DNA from: Lytechinus pictus | Lineage: Eukaryota | Assembly: GCF_037042905.1 (NCBI RefSeq) | Contig: NC_087251.1 | Coordinates: 8,186,001-8,250,000, forward strand | Reading direction: 5' to 3' | DNA: 64,000 nt | Part shown: in pieces, positions 40,605 through 54,600 of the stretch | Layout of the letters: each line of letters begins with the position of its first letter | How positions within the stretch are numbered: the first letter of the stretch is position 1 | The notes under the pieces: model-generated | The model's input: the letters and a program-made list of their open reading frames with translations, nothing else | The model's database searches: none | What the model was told of the DNA's origin: nothing | Program-made: the position numbers and the translations under genes

Positions 40605-41097
40605 TAGTTGTTTTCAATTCTTTGGTTATTCTCCCTTTGGTGTATATTATACCTTGGCTTTCTCATTCACCATTTTCCATTAATACGCTGCATTTTTTGT
40701 TGTTGTTAAATTGTACTTTTGTTATGCTTTCTGCTGTCTTTTCAAAACCTATTATTGTACATTACTATTAATTTGTGATTACATGTTTTTATCAAATAGT
40801 TAAAATTGATTTGGAAATAAAGTTTACCTTTGCCTAAAACTTAATACTGACAATGGCATTGATATTATCAAAAGATTGAAATGGCAGGTGTTTTTTTTAA
40901 AGACGTAATTATTTCCTTGCTTGTATTATGTTTAATTGTATCCATGGATATGTTCCGGTACGTTTATTTAATTCAAGATGGTGCAATGAAAACAAGATAT
41001 GCCAATTCACTAAATGTTGTAGCACCCAAAACAAGCATTGATGTTTAAGAATAGCCTACGACAATCACATGTGCATGCAAGAGGAAGCATATGGAAC

Positions 41098-44000
41098 CAG
41101 GGGCGTCGCTAGGCCTTTTCCAGGGGGGGTGGGTGCAGGCCCTGATTACCGACAAATATCGGTAGCGATTACTGACGTCCGGCAACCATGAATCTTGGAA
41201 GTGTTCTACATTCTTCTAAGTCACATTATATTTCCCGTCGCGGCCGCCAAAATCTGATTTTTTTTTTTTTTTTTTTAGGGGTCAGTCATTACTAAATTTT
41301 CATTTTTAGAAGCAACATATAAGGTATCGCATGTGGCCTGAATACAAATTACCACACGAGCGCGAAGTGCGAGCTCATTTTTTTAAATTTAATATATTTA
41401 GCCCTGAAAATTTAACATTGTGAGCAGCTTTTGTAATCATCATGGGGGTATCTAACTTAACGATCCATGCGAGCGGCGAGCTGAAAATTTTGATATACTG
41501 GCCAGCAAAAAGACCTGTTAATGTCTATTCGCAGTGATACATGAAATAATACATTTGATCTCCCCAATCCCAAAAGGTTTATATTCCGACCTGAGAACTC
41601 GAATGTAATCATGAAGAGGGTGGATATATTAACCAAACTATTGAAGCGAGTGCGAAGCGCGAGCTGAAATTTTGATATCCGACCAGAATACTGGACATTG
41701 TTAGCACTTAATTTTTGCATGAATATTATGCATATATAGCAATTCATGTGAGTGAGAGCTAATAATTTTTATTAACCTTTCTGAAAAAGTACATGTTCAT
41801 GTTTGCAGTGACTCATGAATATAATACATTCCTCACTAATCAAATAGACCGAGTGTGAGCCGATTTGTTTTTTAGATATTGGACCTGAAAACTGGACTGG
41901 TTAAACATATTTTCAATAAAGAATACAGTAAAGAAGCGCAAAGCGCGAGCTGAAGTTTTCTTCAGATTTAGAACTAAAAATAAAACATTCGAAGCAATGT
42001 AACCATGAAGAATGTCGGCATAGAACTAAGCAACTGTCGTGAGCGTGAAATAATTTTTTTTTACAACCTGACAAACTTACATTTTCAACACTTTTTGCAA
42101 TCATGAACACGATGGTTATCTAATCAAACTTCTTTTCGAAATCAGACATTCTATGCAGTTTCTGTAATAATGGGAGCGCGAAGCGCGAGCTGAAAATTTT
42201 GGGATATTTTTACTTGAAAACAAAATAAACATGTTTTTACATTAAACCAAACTCAGTTTTTTCATCTGTAATTGAACAAGCTGTGTATCTCAATTAACAT
42301 TAATGCGAGCGCAAAGCGCGAACTGAAAATTTTGGACAGTTTGACTTAAAAACCAAACATTTTTACATGTTTCTACATTAAAACAAACTCAGTTTCTGCA
42401 TCTGTAATTGAACAAGCTGTGTGGCTCAATAAATATAATATCAGCGCAGTTGAAAATTTTGGAATATTTTGACTTGAAAACCAAACATTTTTACATGTTT
42501 CTACATTAAAACAAACTCAGTTTCTGTATCTGTAATTGAACAAGCTGTGTATCTCGACAAACATTAATGCCAGCGCGAAGCGCGAGTTGAATATTTTGGT
42601 TATTTTTTACTTGAAAACTAAACTATACATGTTTTTACATTGAAACAAATTCAGTTTCTGCATCTGTAATTAAACAAACTCATATAATGCCAGCGCAGTT
42701 GAAAATTTTGGGATATTTTTACTTGAAAACTTAACATTTTTACATGTTTTTACATTGAAGCAAACTCAGTTTAGCTGTGTATCTCAATAAACATGATGCG
42801 AGCGCGAAGCATGAGCTGTAATTTTGATTTACTGACCCGAAAGGGAACATTTTAAGCACTGTCAAACATGAATGAAGGAAAATGGTTCAATGTCGGTACA
42901 GAAGGACGAGCTGACAACACTCGATACTTTGACTTGAAAACGTTTTTGTACAAAGAACAAACTTATTAGATTCCGCATATGTAATTGAACAAGTTCTGTA
43001 TCTTAATAAACATAATGCGATTACAAAGCGCGAGCTAAAATTTTTGGTATAGTACTGAGTACTGATCCGAAAGGGAAAGTTTAAGCACTGTCTAACATCA
43101 AAATGAAGGAAAATTGTGCAGAGAATATTGATCTCACTAAATATATGATGCGAGCGCGAAGCGCGAGCTGAAAATTTCGTTGAGATTTAGACTTTAAACA
43201 GGGACGTTCTTTTCACTGTCGGTACAGAAGCGCGAGCTGAGAACTTTTGATGTTTTGACTTAAAAACTTGATATTTTCACAAGCTTTTTTATATAAAGAA
43301 CAAATTACTCAGATATGCAATTTAACAATCTGTGTATCTCAATGCGAGCGGAAGTTTAGGCAACAATTTTACTAATTATGATGCGATTTTTTATTGAGAT
43401 TTAGACTTTAAACCGGGACATTCTTATCACTGTCGGTACAGAAGTGCGAGCTGAGAACTTTTGATGTTTTGACTTGAAAGCTTAACATTTTCTTACTTTT
43501 TTTTAAATAAAAATAACAAACTCAGATATATGCATATGAAATTCAACAATCTGTGTATCTCAATGTGAGCGCGAAGTGCGAGCGGAAATTGTTGATATTC
43601 CTGAGTGAAATTTAGGCAACATTTTCACGAAATATATGATGTGATTTTTTGTTGTTGAGATTTAGACTTTAAACCGAGACATTCTTATCACTGTCGGTAC
43701 AGAAGCGCGAGCTGAGAACTTTTGATGTTTTGACTTGAAAACTTAAGATTTTCACACTTTTTCATACAAAGAACAAACTCAGATTTGCATATCAAATATA
43801 ACAATCTGTGTATGTTAATGCGAGCGCGAAATTTTTGATATTCTTAGGGAAATTTAAGCAACATTTTCAGCAAAATTTTACTAAATATATGATGCGAAGC
43901 GCGAGCTGAATTTTTTTTAGATTTAGACCTTTCATTTCATTTTTTCATTTAGGTTTTATTTCCACAAATCCGTTATGTTACAAAACTTTGATAACTTAAC

Positions 44001-46180
44001 TGACATAACTAAGCTGAGCAACCATTACACACGTAGACTATAAGTATAGATAGCAAGCATTCTTAATCACTACATATTAATTCATGTTTAAGTACATAAA
44101 AAACGGAAAAGTGGAGGAAACCTTAGAAGCAGAATGCTTGTAGATAAGGTTCCCTTTTTTATACATTACTTTTGATATTACTACTTAGTAATAATACACG
44201 TGACAACATTTTATCAATTAAATTACACCCACAAAAACAACACAACACAGAAACGTGACAAAAAACAAAGAAAGAAAGAAACGAAGAAATAAAAAAACAA
44301 AATAAATAAAGTAAGCAGCTGCCATCCAACAGAATTTAAGAAACATCTGGATAATAAGCTCTGTGGACAAAAATGCAATAGAGCATGCCAATAAATAGCA
44401 ATTTCAGTTTGTTTTATTATATCGAAGAAGAAGCTTTGCTTTCAAGTGATGTTTGAAAATATTATAACATACCTTAAATCGTAATTTCTAATGATTGTCG
44501 GTAAGAAAGTTGTCAAATCGCGTGTACCGCTATTTTACGGACAAATTTTACAAGCCTGGGTGAGAATCAGGTCAAGCACTCCCCTAAACTAAAAAGGAAA
44601 TATATGCAACGGAAAGTAACAAGCTGAAACAAATTCTTTGGTATAACGAAAATATTACATACAACAAAAACACTCTATTTTTTAGAGGATGGTATGAAAG
44701 TGGTCTAACCTATAAAGGATGTAATTTGTGATGGAAATTTTCTCTCCACAGAAAACATTGCTTTAAGGCTTAAAACTAGAAAAGAAAAATGTAATGTAAT
44801 GTATGATTACTCTAAATTAAGGAAATCGATACCCAAAATCTGGAACACTTCGACTCCCTATACTCAGCCAAAACAATTAGCTCCACATTTACAAATACCA
44901 CTTTTGATTATTGGAGATAAAGATAAATGTATCAGTGAATGTAGTAGCAAAATCTTATCTAAACTGCTTTGTCCCGATTACATGCACACCAATACGTGTT
45001 GTATTTACTGGGAAAATAAGAAAGGAACTCATTTTGATTGGGAAGTTACTTTTAAACGTAATCTAAATCAAGTTCAAGAGTGCAAGTTACGCGAATTTAA
45101 TTTTAAACTTCGAAGATATCCACCACGCTTTCATTTCTTGTGATTTCAATAAATCATTTTTTTGAATATTTGAAAGAACTGACTAAAAGATTATTTCATA
45201 AAGATTTAGAAATCAATTATAAAATTATGTTTAAACATGAAGTAGACGAAAATTTGGTTTTACTTCTGACCATTGCACTTTGGTGCATTCACAAAGTCAT
45301 TGTTTCAAGAAACATATCCGGAAAAGAAAAGAGAGGTAGTCTGAAATTTATATTCTTAAGAGAAATAGAAAGTATAGAGTAGAAATGAAAGCTCGGTACA
45401 GAAAAAGATATGTTTTTTTACCCAGAGAAATTACCGAATACGTATGAAACTCAGTAAATCTTTTGTTATCACTTTATGTCTTCAATATGTTATAACTCAT
45501 GTAAGATTATTGGATGATTGCATAACTATTTTGTATCGATATAATTTTTCAAAATGTCATGTCATCTCATGTATATTCATTTTTATAATGTGTTATGTTG
45601 CGATGGTGTAAATAAATCCTCTAATTGGAGGCAAAAAAAAATGATTGTCGGTATATAGCCTACAGAGAGCTCTCCACGACAGCATTGCAAAAAGAAAATT
45701 TAAAAAATACGATAATAGTATGCAATTTGACATTATTTTACCGACAAAGATAATGGAACTCAAAGACCAAGTATAGAACAAGGTACATGGCGCAGCTAGA
45801 ACAGCCCTGCGTGACCCGACAGTTTGTCATTTTCCCGACAAGCGTCAGTCCATCTGCCCTGCGCTTGCGTAACAGACAATTTATATTTTTTCCAATTAAC
45901 ATCTCAGACTCCGCATCTTTGATTACACCGACACACAGGTTTACCTAATCAAAACCTTGCATGTCTACCCCATTTCTTCTCTCTTTGAGTTTTCTCCTTC
46001 CTTTTGTTTTCCTCTTCCTCGTTGTCCCTTTCTTTCTTTCTTTTCCTTTCTTTTTTTTTCTCTTCCTCTTCTTTCCCTCCCCCATTTTTCCCGACGGCAG
46101 CGCTGATTTAGATATCCAAATAAGTTGGGAGGGGGGGGGGGGGTTTGTCGCACCCCTCCCCCTTTTTAGCGACAGCCCTG
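41098..46180. mobile_element. ~5.1-kb hAT-like composite element with a tandem array and a LINE remnant
   Basis: TIR caggggcgtcgcta / tagcgacagccctg. TATGGAAC on the left (41090-41097) recurs at 46183-46190, 2 nt offset. Array of gcgagcgcgaagcgcgagctgaaaatttt units at ~41350-43910. Confidence 0.7.
44400..45640 (+). pseudogene. Degraded Tx1/L1-type LINE ORF2 C-terminal region and 3' tail
   Basis: Broken frames read FYGQILQAW, QILWYNENI, LFFRGWYESG, FDWE, KLREFNFKL, LWCIHK, typical of the Tx1/L1 ORF2 post-RT region. Ends aataaa...poly(A) at ~45640. Confidence 0.6.
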
Positions 46181-48625
46181 TATATGGAACAATTATTTAC
46201 CTTCGGATCTACAAAATTCAAATTCTGTTGATAATTTAAAAATAATTTATAAGAAAATCACTTTCTCTTAATGTTCTTTCGGCTATCCATCCTATATTTC
46301 TATGCCAGATTGTATTTTCAATCCGAATTTATCACCCATGCACAAGTATTTTCATGCCTTTTGGTTTACTCACTCTTTTTTCTTTAATCAAGGTATTTTA
46401 TGCATTTTCTGTACGTTGATTTTTATGTCAACAAGACCGTGTTGAAAAACAGTGTATATTATCTGAACATGTAATCCTTCTTTTGTATATTTGATCATTA
46501 TTTTTTATCTACCAACACATTCAGGGATGTCGATCCCTGTTTCGGATGGGGGGGGGGGGGGCAGAGTGAAAAAAAAATGTAAAAAGAAGCTGTATGCTGT
46601 TTAATGAGTATGCTGGGTTTAATGGATTTATAGTGCTTTCCAATGCTTTTTGAAGCGTACATTCGCATTGCATATAGTAAATTGACCAATTCATCAAAAT
46701 TAAATTGGAGTAGGTTCAATTGGCAATTGTTGTCATGGAGGAGACCCCTGCCCTCTCACGATCAACGCCTCTGAACATGTCTATGCGGCCAACAAATTTG
46801 ACTTCGTGAAACCATGCACAATAAATATAGGAATTACGAATAAACGTATATGGCGAGAAAGTAAAGAAATTGGCATTTCAATAACACAATGCAATCTTTG
46901 TTAAAGTTGATATATATGTATATATTTGTATATGTGTGTAGGTAATGTTTATGTAATTTTATAAGCTACACATGCGTGCACTGAGTGAATGTTACGGACG
47001 TATTACTTGTCATGCTTCAATGAGCACCGCCTGAAGGCAAAATTGTCACTTTTAAAAAATCACAAGCCAAATATCATATCATTCCATTTTGTTTGAACGA
47101 ATTCCATATTCTCATCATGACATATCGTCAGAAGACTTTTAAAAGCTATTTTCTAAAATACGATTCAACTATTTAAAAAAAATTCAAGATTGAATAAACA
47201 TAAGTTAAAATTTGCTATAAATTGATTTTTTTTAAAACATATTTCTGTCGATGAAAATGATCAAATGTGATGACATTCATTTTGAGGAAGAGTATCTTCA
47301 ACAATGTTCATCCTTTCACGGTTCAATAAACATTTAATGAAAACAAAAATAAGATTTTCAAATACATAGGCAAGTATTGTTTCATTTTGGGAACTGAAAT
47401 TATCTTATCAACTTTTTTCGTTATGTTTATGACCAATTAACATGCTACACTGATTCGAAGGCGTTTGATTAAACATTCACGCTTGAATGAACATGTGGAA
47501 TGTGATTAGCTCTTTTTTTACGTTATTGGAAAAAAATTGCTATCTGTCACAAACCTCCTTGCATACTTCATTTGATTTGATTTTTATGAAAATCCCGATG
47601 TCTAATGCTTCAGTGAGCACGCAATATTAGAAAATTATGTAAATAAGAACAAAGTTCAAGGCCTTGGCCCCACTATGTGCCGTATCGAATGATTATTTTG
47701 GTGTTGGCGCCTTCTGGATATATAGTTTCCCTCTGAAACCATGTGCTGTAATAAGTTTATGGAAAAACTGTTCAATTAGTGGCAGAAGTAACAAAAACCG
47801 TCCATGAAACAAACCCTCATTTTACTTTTGTTAAAATTTTGATTTCCTCTCCCATAGACATTTTGTACGCGTGCGTGTATTTGACTTTTGTCAGACGTGA
47901 ATCAATGATCAGATATGATTATTTACGTCTGGGACCGATAGACGTGACCGGGACTCGAACCTCTGCATCAATTTGTAACTTTGTAAGTTGGGGGAGGGAT
48001 TTAAGCCACTACCATTTTCCTATTTTAACATATTTTTTTAGTTATAGAGGATACTACCATAAACCCCTATGATGATACGTCACAAAAAATTTTACTCACT
48101 CAACCATGAACATACGTTATCAAAATTTGTGTGGAGTGGCTAAATGATGGTTAATAAAACAGCATTAGCACCATAAATTTCACCAAAAAACACTTGTTAG
48201 CCCAACTACACAATCTGAAAAACGACTCTTGTGACTTTTAAAAAATTGTCATTTTTAATTAAATCTTTGATTACTCATGCATGACTCAACCGATCAATCT
48301 AATTTTTTCCAGGAGTTGCTGGAATATATACATGTGCATTTATTTGATATTTTATCAAACTTATAGGGTCATGCAGTATTTCCATTTACTTAATCATAAA
48401 ATCATAGTGTAAGATAAAAGAGTAAAGTTGATTAAACGCCTTGCTCAAGAGCTTTGGTGCCGTGGCCTGGGACTTTTATGTGTCAGTCATCAGCAAGGCG
48501 CCATTCTGCCAGCGCCAGCGCCATGGCACGATGGCAAAGTCGAATAATTCTTTTTTCATTTGACATTTTAGAAACGCTGTATCTTTGCAATTGGGAACAG
48601 ATACTTCATTCAGAATATTTCAAAA

Positions 48626-51600
48626 ATGAAGTCCAGATTTACAACTATTGACCTTCGGGCAATACTTTACGAACTTGGATCTAAGTAAGTGTCCTTAAAC
48701 TCTTGGTATTTGTAAAAATATAATTTTGAAAACGTGTGCATTTTGTAATAATTTAAAGTTTGTGCTGTGCGTGTCGTGACTTCGTGTGGTGTGTGAATGT
48801 GGCGCTACACGTACCGGTACCGGTACGGTACCGTAGCGGCTAGCGGGACTCTACGGTCCGAACGAGAATACCGTACCACCCAGGCCCAAGCCGGGCCGCT
48901 GCGGCGCACCTGGCGGCGACCGTCTTCGTTTTGCACTTGCTTGCCTTCTTCCAATTAGGGAGTTCGGTGACTTTTTGAAATCTTGAACTTTTGAATCCCA
49001 ACAAATTTGATATCATTGGAAAGCTTTTGGAATAAGAAAATTATGGTGCTTCAATCAACTCATTGTCTGATATAATTAAATATTGACACTCTTTGACAGA
49101 GATATTCCAGAATCGAATTTACAACAAGGGAAAATCTGCAGATTTTGTTCTGTAAAAAAATATTTAGGCCAAGAGAATGAAAGCTTTAGATTTGCGTCCA
49201 CCGCCCGCATGCTCTAAAACTGCCCGCATGAAAATTTCATTATTAAAAAAAAAAATCATTACTTACTAGGGTGTCTGGAGAAAAATATTATTTTTCTTAT
49301 TTCAAGAAAACATCACATTTTCTTTGTGAATTTGAAGAGAAATGACCTTCAGACTGACAGAAATGTAACATTTTTGAAAAAAATCCGATTATTGGCTGCA
49401 AAAAAGAAGAATGAAATTAGGTCAATTTTCAGCATTTCTCTGCCATAGACTGTGTAGTTAAGAAATGGACACACACAAATCCAAATTTTTAGCTTCCGAG
49501 AGCTGTTATAAATTTATTATTAATGCCAAAAACTTGTCCATAAAGAGTCCAATAGGATTTTTTATGCTCTTTCTGATGGTATGATTTTTATAAAGATTTG
49601 GAAACCAGATCACAATGAAAAATTGTGACAAAGTGACAAAAATTGTGCAAAACAGAAATTTCATTTTCTCATAGAAAACGCATGGGGAAATGGCAATCTC
49701 AACACACACAAAAATAAGGGTTTGCAATTTATCTCTAAATCCTTATTTAAAATGATCATATAAACTTGTCCTTACTGTCAAAAGAAGCCCCTGAATTTTC
49801 TCTTTCCATACATGCCAAACACAAGTTAATAATCAATTCAGATCACATTTTTCTAGTAGCCTGAACTTCCCGAAAAAAATGTGCCACATTTTCCCCTAAA
49901 TCAGCCTCTCTTATGCTGACACTTTTCAGTGTGGCTTCAGACACCCTATACTTACTCTCCATCACGAAATTACAAGTTCCAAATCATCGCAGGGCAGTAA
50001 AAGGTTATATTTACGCACTTACTACGTGCATACGGTATACCACTGCAGCCCACCTTCATCTATAGACTGTACAACGGATAGACCATCTCGGCTCAGCGAA
50101 TCGGAGATCGCTGATTGGCCAATTGCGCAGATCACGTCATGACTACGTGGTCGCCAAAATAATTCCTTCGGACTGCGTGCGAAAGTATCGATAGCGATAA
50201 CGATATCCGGTCACCTTGTCTACACGGGAAATGGTCTTGGTTCGTGATCGGATCGCTCCAGTATCGATCAAAAATTATCGAGACTCTGCAATTTCATGCA
50301 TATTCACGTGACGCTCCGAAACCCGGAAATCAATTGACTTTGTACACGTTGCGATAGACTCTACAAACTCCAACGAACACGATGCCATATCGACGCTAAT
50401 CCGCAAGATTTTGACCGAAAAGCAAGAAGTAATCGAAATTCACTTACCTGTACGGTATCGGTGAGAAAATAGATCCTCCAAGAATACCTTTCATAATTCA
50501 TATAAAATATAGGAAAGTGAAATTCTAGGTCGATTTTGGTACGAGGTGATAGAGAATAGCACACTTGTATTCACTCATTCAATGAACAAGGTTATGATAT
50601 AACCTTGTTGTCAGTTACATCTCCATACATGTGTGGCAAAATAATTTAAATAAGGGTGGCAATTTTGGCTTATTTTTTCTTTTTCTATGGGACAAATGCT
50701 TGATTTTTTTACACTGTCAGTTTCCAATACAGCTATTCATCATATAACTTGGCTCTTATGTAAATTTGATTCTTTAAGTTATTTTTTCTTAATTAAAAAT
50801 AGAGATTGAAAAATGAATTTTTTTTTGCCATATTACTTTCCACCAATAAAGGGCGTACACACTTGTTCACTGCAACCATCCTGCCTGTGGGGAATCTACA
50901 GGTAGGACTATGGCATGCAAATGCTGTACAGAGCACACACTTTAAAAAATCATTAAAGGGGAATCTAACCCAAATAAAAACTTGTTTTTATGTGAAAAAG
51001 AAAAATGAGACAAGTTGATAGGTGAAAGTTTGAACAATATTGGACAAACAACAAGAAAGTTATGAATTTTTAAAAGTTGTAAATATTGGTAATCACTATA
51101 CCCATGGAGACTTCAGATTGGCCGCATATGGGATGTCATAGTGATGTAAGGCAAGGACTACTCTTCCATGTACTCCAATACATATTATGGCTAAAATGTC
51201 ATTTTTCTCAAAAGTTTTATTTCAAATTATATTTTTCTTTCATGAGGACATAAAACAATATACTACCTGGATTATGTTAAGATTACTGCCCCAGGGGAAT
51301 GGGTACTTAGGAGAAAACCACAAATCCCTGATAATTAAGTACATGGCCTATGGGAAAGTTGTCCTTGCCCCTTGTCATAATTTACTTACCCAGTTGCCAA
51401 TTTGAAATCTACATACTATTAGTGATCTCAATTTTAAAGCAGCCATAACTTTCTTATTGCTTGTCCGATTTCTTTCAAACTTTCGCCATTCTGTTTAATT
51501 TATTTTTCTCCTTCCCAACACAACCATTTATAGCCAAGGCTGGATTCCCCTTTAAAATATCACTTTTGTGACCAAAATTACTAATTTCCATACAGTTGCA

Positions 51601-54600
51601 ATTTATTTTCCATTAGTAACTTGGGAATAATTTTTGTATTCACTAGAGAGAAAATAGATCCTCCAAGAATACCTTTCATAATTCATATAAAATATAGGAA
51701 AGTGAAATTCTAGGTCGCTCGCATTGATTCGCCAGGATATCGAAAATTCTAATCGGAAAGCATTGATAAAAGCACACCTCATTGAACGTAGAGGGCAGCA
51801 ACACACGGCTGCCATTTTTTCATCTACCGTAAGTACCGTACTAGTGCGCTCACTGCGCTGAGCTTTGTGAATGTGAATTTGATGTGAATGGTACATTACG
51901 TGCACGTTATAACCCACGCACGAAGGGAAGACAGCAGAAGTATGGCCGAGCTAGTTACTGTACACAAGATCACGGGAGCGATTTTATTTTCCCCGATCGC
52001 TCTCTCTATTGGGTTTGCAAGTGCGATTTCAAAATTTACAAGAGCGAAATCGCTATGCGCTCCCGTGTATTTTTTCGCTGGCCTGTTTGTTTTATTTTTT
52101 AATGGCCTTTGATCGACTCACAAACATTGAAACAAAGAAAATTGTAAGTTATACTACCATATTGTTTTCCATTAAGTGTCTTAAAAACTACATGTATGAT
52201 TTAGTTCTGAAATAAAGGCAAGTAGAAATGCCTCAGTAGGGAATTTTTGTGATGTTGGACAGCAAGATCTAGTTTTGAGGCCAGTGTTGCATTGCTACCT
52301 TTGAAACTACAATTGTTTGTGAAAATGGATTGAAAACTGGTCTCTTTACTGGTGTTTGCTTGCGCAGTGGTATGTATGCACATTTATGAGTGGGCAAGAA
52401 GCATTCACTGCTGCTCTGACTTGCTGGAAGCAGAAAAAGGTGAACTTTTTTTTATACTGCTCAGCTTCTATGGGCTTTAAAGTGTGTGAGCCAATTTCAC
52501 CACATAAAAAGGAAATGCTCTTTGGAACAGAGTGAAGTGGCCAGAGCAACAACAAGAAAAGATAAAAATTATGCTATAGAACAATGTTTCATATTTTGCT
52601 CAGGAAGAGAAAATTGCTATGCATTGGAACAGAAAATTGAGTGTAAAATTGTGGGTCTTCTCAGAGGGACATATCCACCACATATTATTGAGATCATCAT
52701 ACATAGGCCTCCTAGTCATATCTGATTGATATCTGTTTCTAAAATCGCAATCACACACACACATCATATGGGTAGATATACTCTTCTTCCTTTTTTGTCT
52801 CGCCCACCAGAGGTGTAGACGAGACTTAGAGATCCAAATGTCATCCGTCCGTAACAAACCTTATGACACAACTCTGCAACCGTAAGTCACTATTCAACCA
52901 AACTTGGATGGTAGATGGACTTGGGGGACCTGCATGTTATGCTGCAGTCGGTTGTAACATCATCAATCAGAGTCAAGAAAGAGATGAATATTCTTCATTT
53001 TCCTGATAGTTTTCAACTAAATCAAAATAATTTCAAGGAATTATGGAAAGTAGATGGCCATTTCATGGATTTAAAGATGTATTATGTATAATGTGAAATT
53101 TTAGTAATCATTTAAAGCAGGGGTGCTATATTTTGTAAACGTAATGGCTCAGGCCTAGTTTCACCACAGATTACATGATAGCTACACAGCTATTGCATTT
53201 ACAATTTTAAGAAAAATCTACAATTAAGCATATGTATTGAATTAAATTGATTTGAGCTCCTCAAGGAGAGCGATTCTGAAAAGCTCAATTGAACTTGAAA
53301 AAATAAGGAGAGCGATTTATTGAGCTCCACAAAATTATAAACGTGAAGGACTGGACACCTAACTCCGCAACCGTAAGTCACTTTTCAACCAAACTCAGGT
53401 GGTAGATGGACTCGGGGGACCTGCATGTAATGCTGCAGTTGGAGGTCACATGGTAAGGTCAAAGGTCATTTTCAGGTCAACGATAAAAGTTTACATGCAA
53501 GACTCTCTTATGACACCTAAATCCGCAAGTGCAAGTCACTTTTCACCCAAACTAGGAGTGTCGATGTAGTTAGGAGACCTGCATGTTATGCTGCAGTCGC
53601 AGGTCATATAGTAAGGTCAATGGTCATTTTCAGGTCAACGTTAAAGTTTTCCTTCCAGACTCTCTTATGACACATAACTGTGCAACCATAAATCACTTTT
53701 TAAACAAACTTGGATGGTAGATGTATGTAGGGGATCTGCATGTTATTGTGTTGGGAGGTCACATGGTATGGTCAAAGTTCATTTTGAGGTCAACATTAAA
53801 GTTTATGTGCAAGACTCTTATGACAAGTGTTATTCCATCCCAGTCATTTCACAATGAAGTTTCGATACAATCCTGTTGCGTGCCCTAGCAAATCACGATA
53901 TTTCTGGTTATTTTCATAAGTGGGCGAGACACAAAATCGCTTATGCCTTGTTTCTTACTTAGTTAACCTTCTCTCCATTCACATGTGTGGGACACTGCCC
54001 TGCTGACGACACTAACAGCACAAAGGTGATGCCCCCTTCCCCTCCCTCCCCGAGGTTTAAGAAGATTTAAATTTTTTCCCTTTTCTATTTTATCATGCAG
54101 ATTGCTTGGACTTCGTGTTCTTAATGTCTATGATGTAAATAACAAGACATACCTGATTCGACTTGGAGGGTAAGTGTATAAATGAGTTAAATTTACAAAT
54201 AAGTTAATATAATGCCCAGCTTGCATTTCTGATCAGTGTATCCTCTGGTAGAAATTATAATAAATCAGAGAAGGGATTTCCAAATTGTGATGAATCTATG
54301 CTATTGGCTATATAGCAGGATGTACAACAAGCCGTATGTACTGCTGGCAAATGTTTGCGGATAAATCCCAAAGTTCTCATCTCAAACTTGTCTTCACTAG
54401 TTTGTTATTTTGTCAATTTCTTTTCCAGGACGGACCAGAAAGTGGTCCTTCTATTTGAGTCTGGAACTCGGATGCACACCACTTCGTTTGATTGGCCCAA
54501 GAGCCAGATGCCATCAAACTTTTCCATGAAGTTGAGAAAGCACTTGAAATCTAGACGTTTAGTAGAGATCAAGCAGCTAGGTGTTGACAGGGTTGTTGAC

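Noticed and set aside
51888..52112. Hydrophobic 74-aa ORF nested in the NEMF intron
   Set aside because: It overlaps a tiny inverted-repeat element (cacgggagcg / cgctcccgtg, ~51971-52067) and has no recognisable homology.
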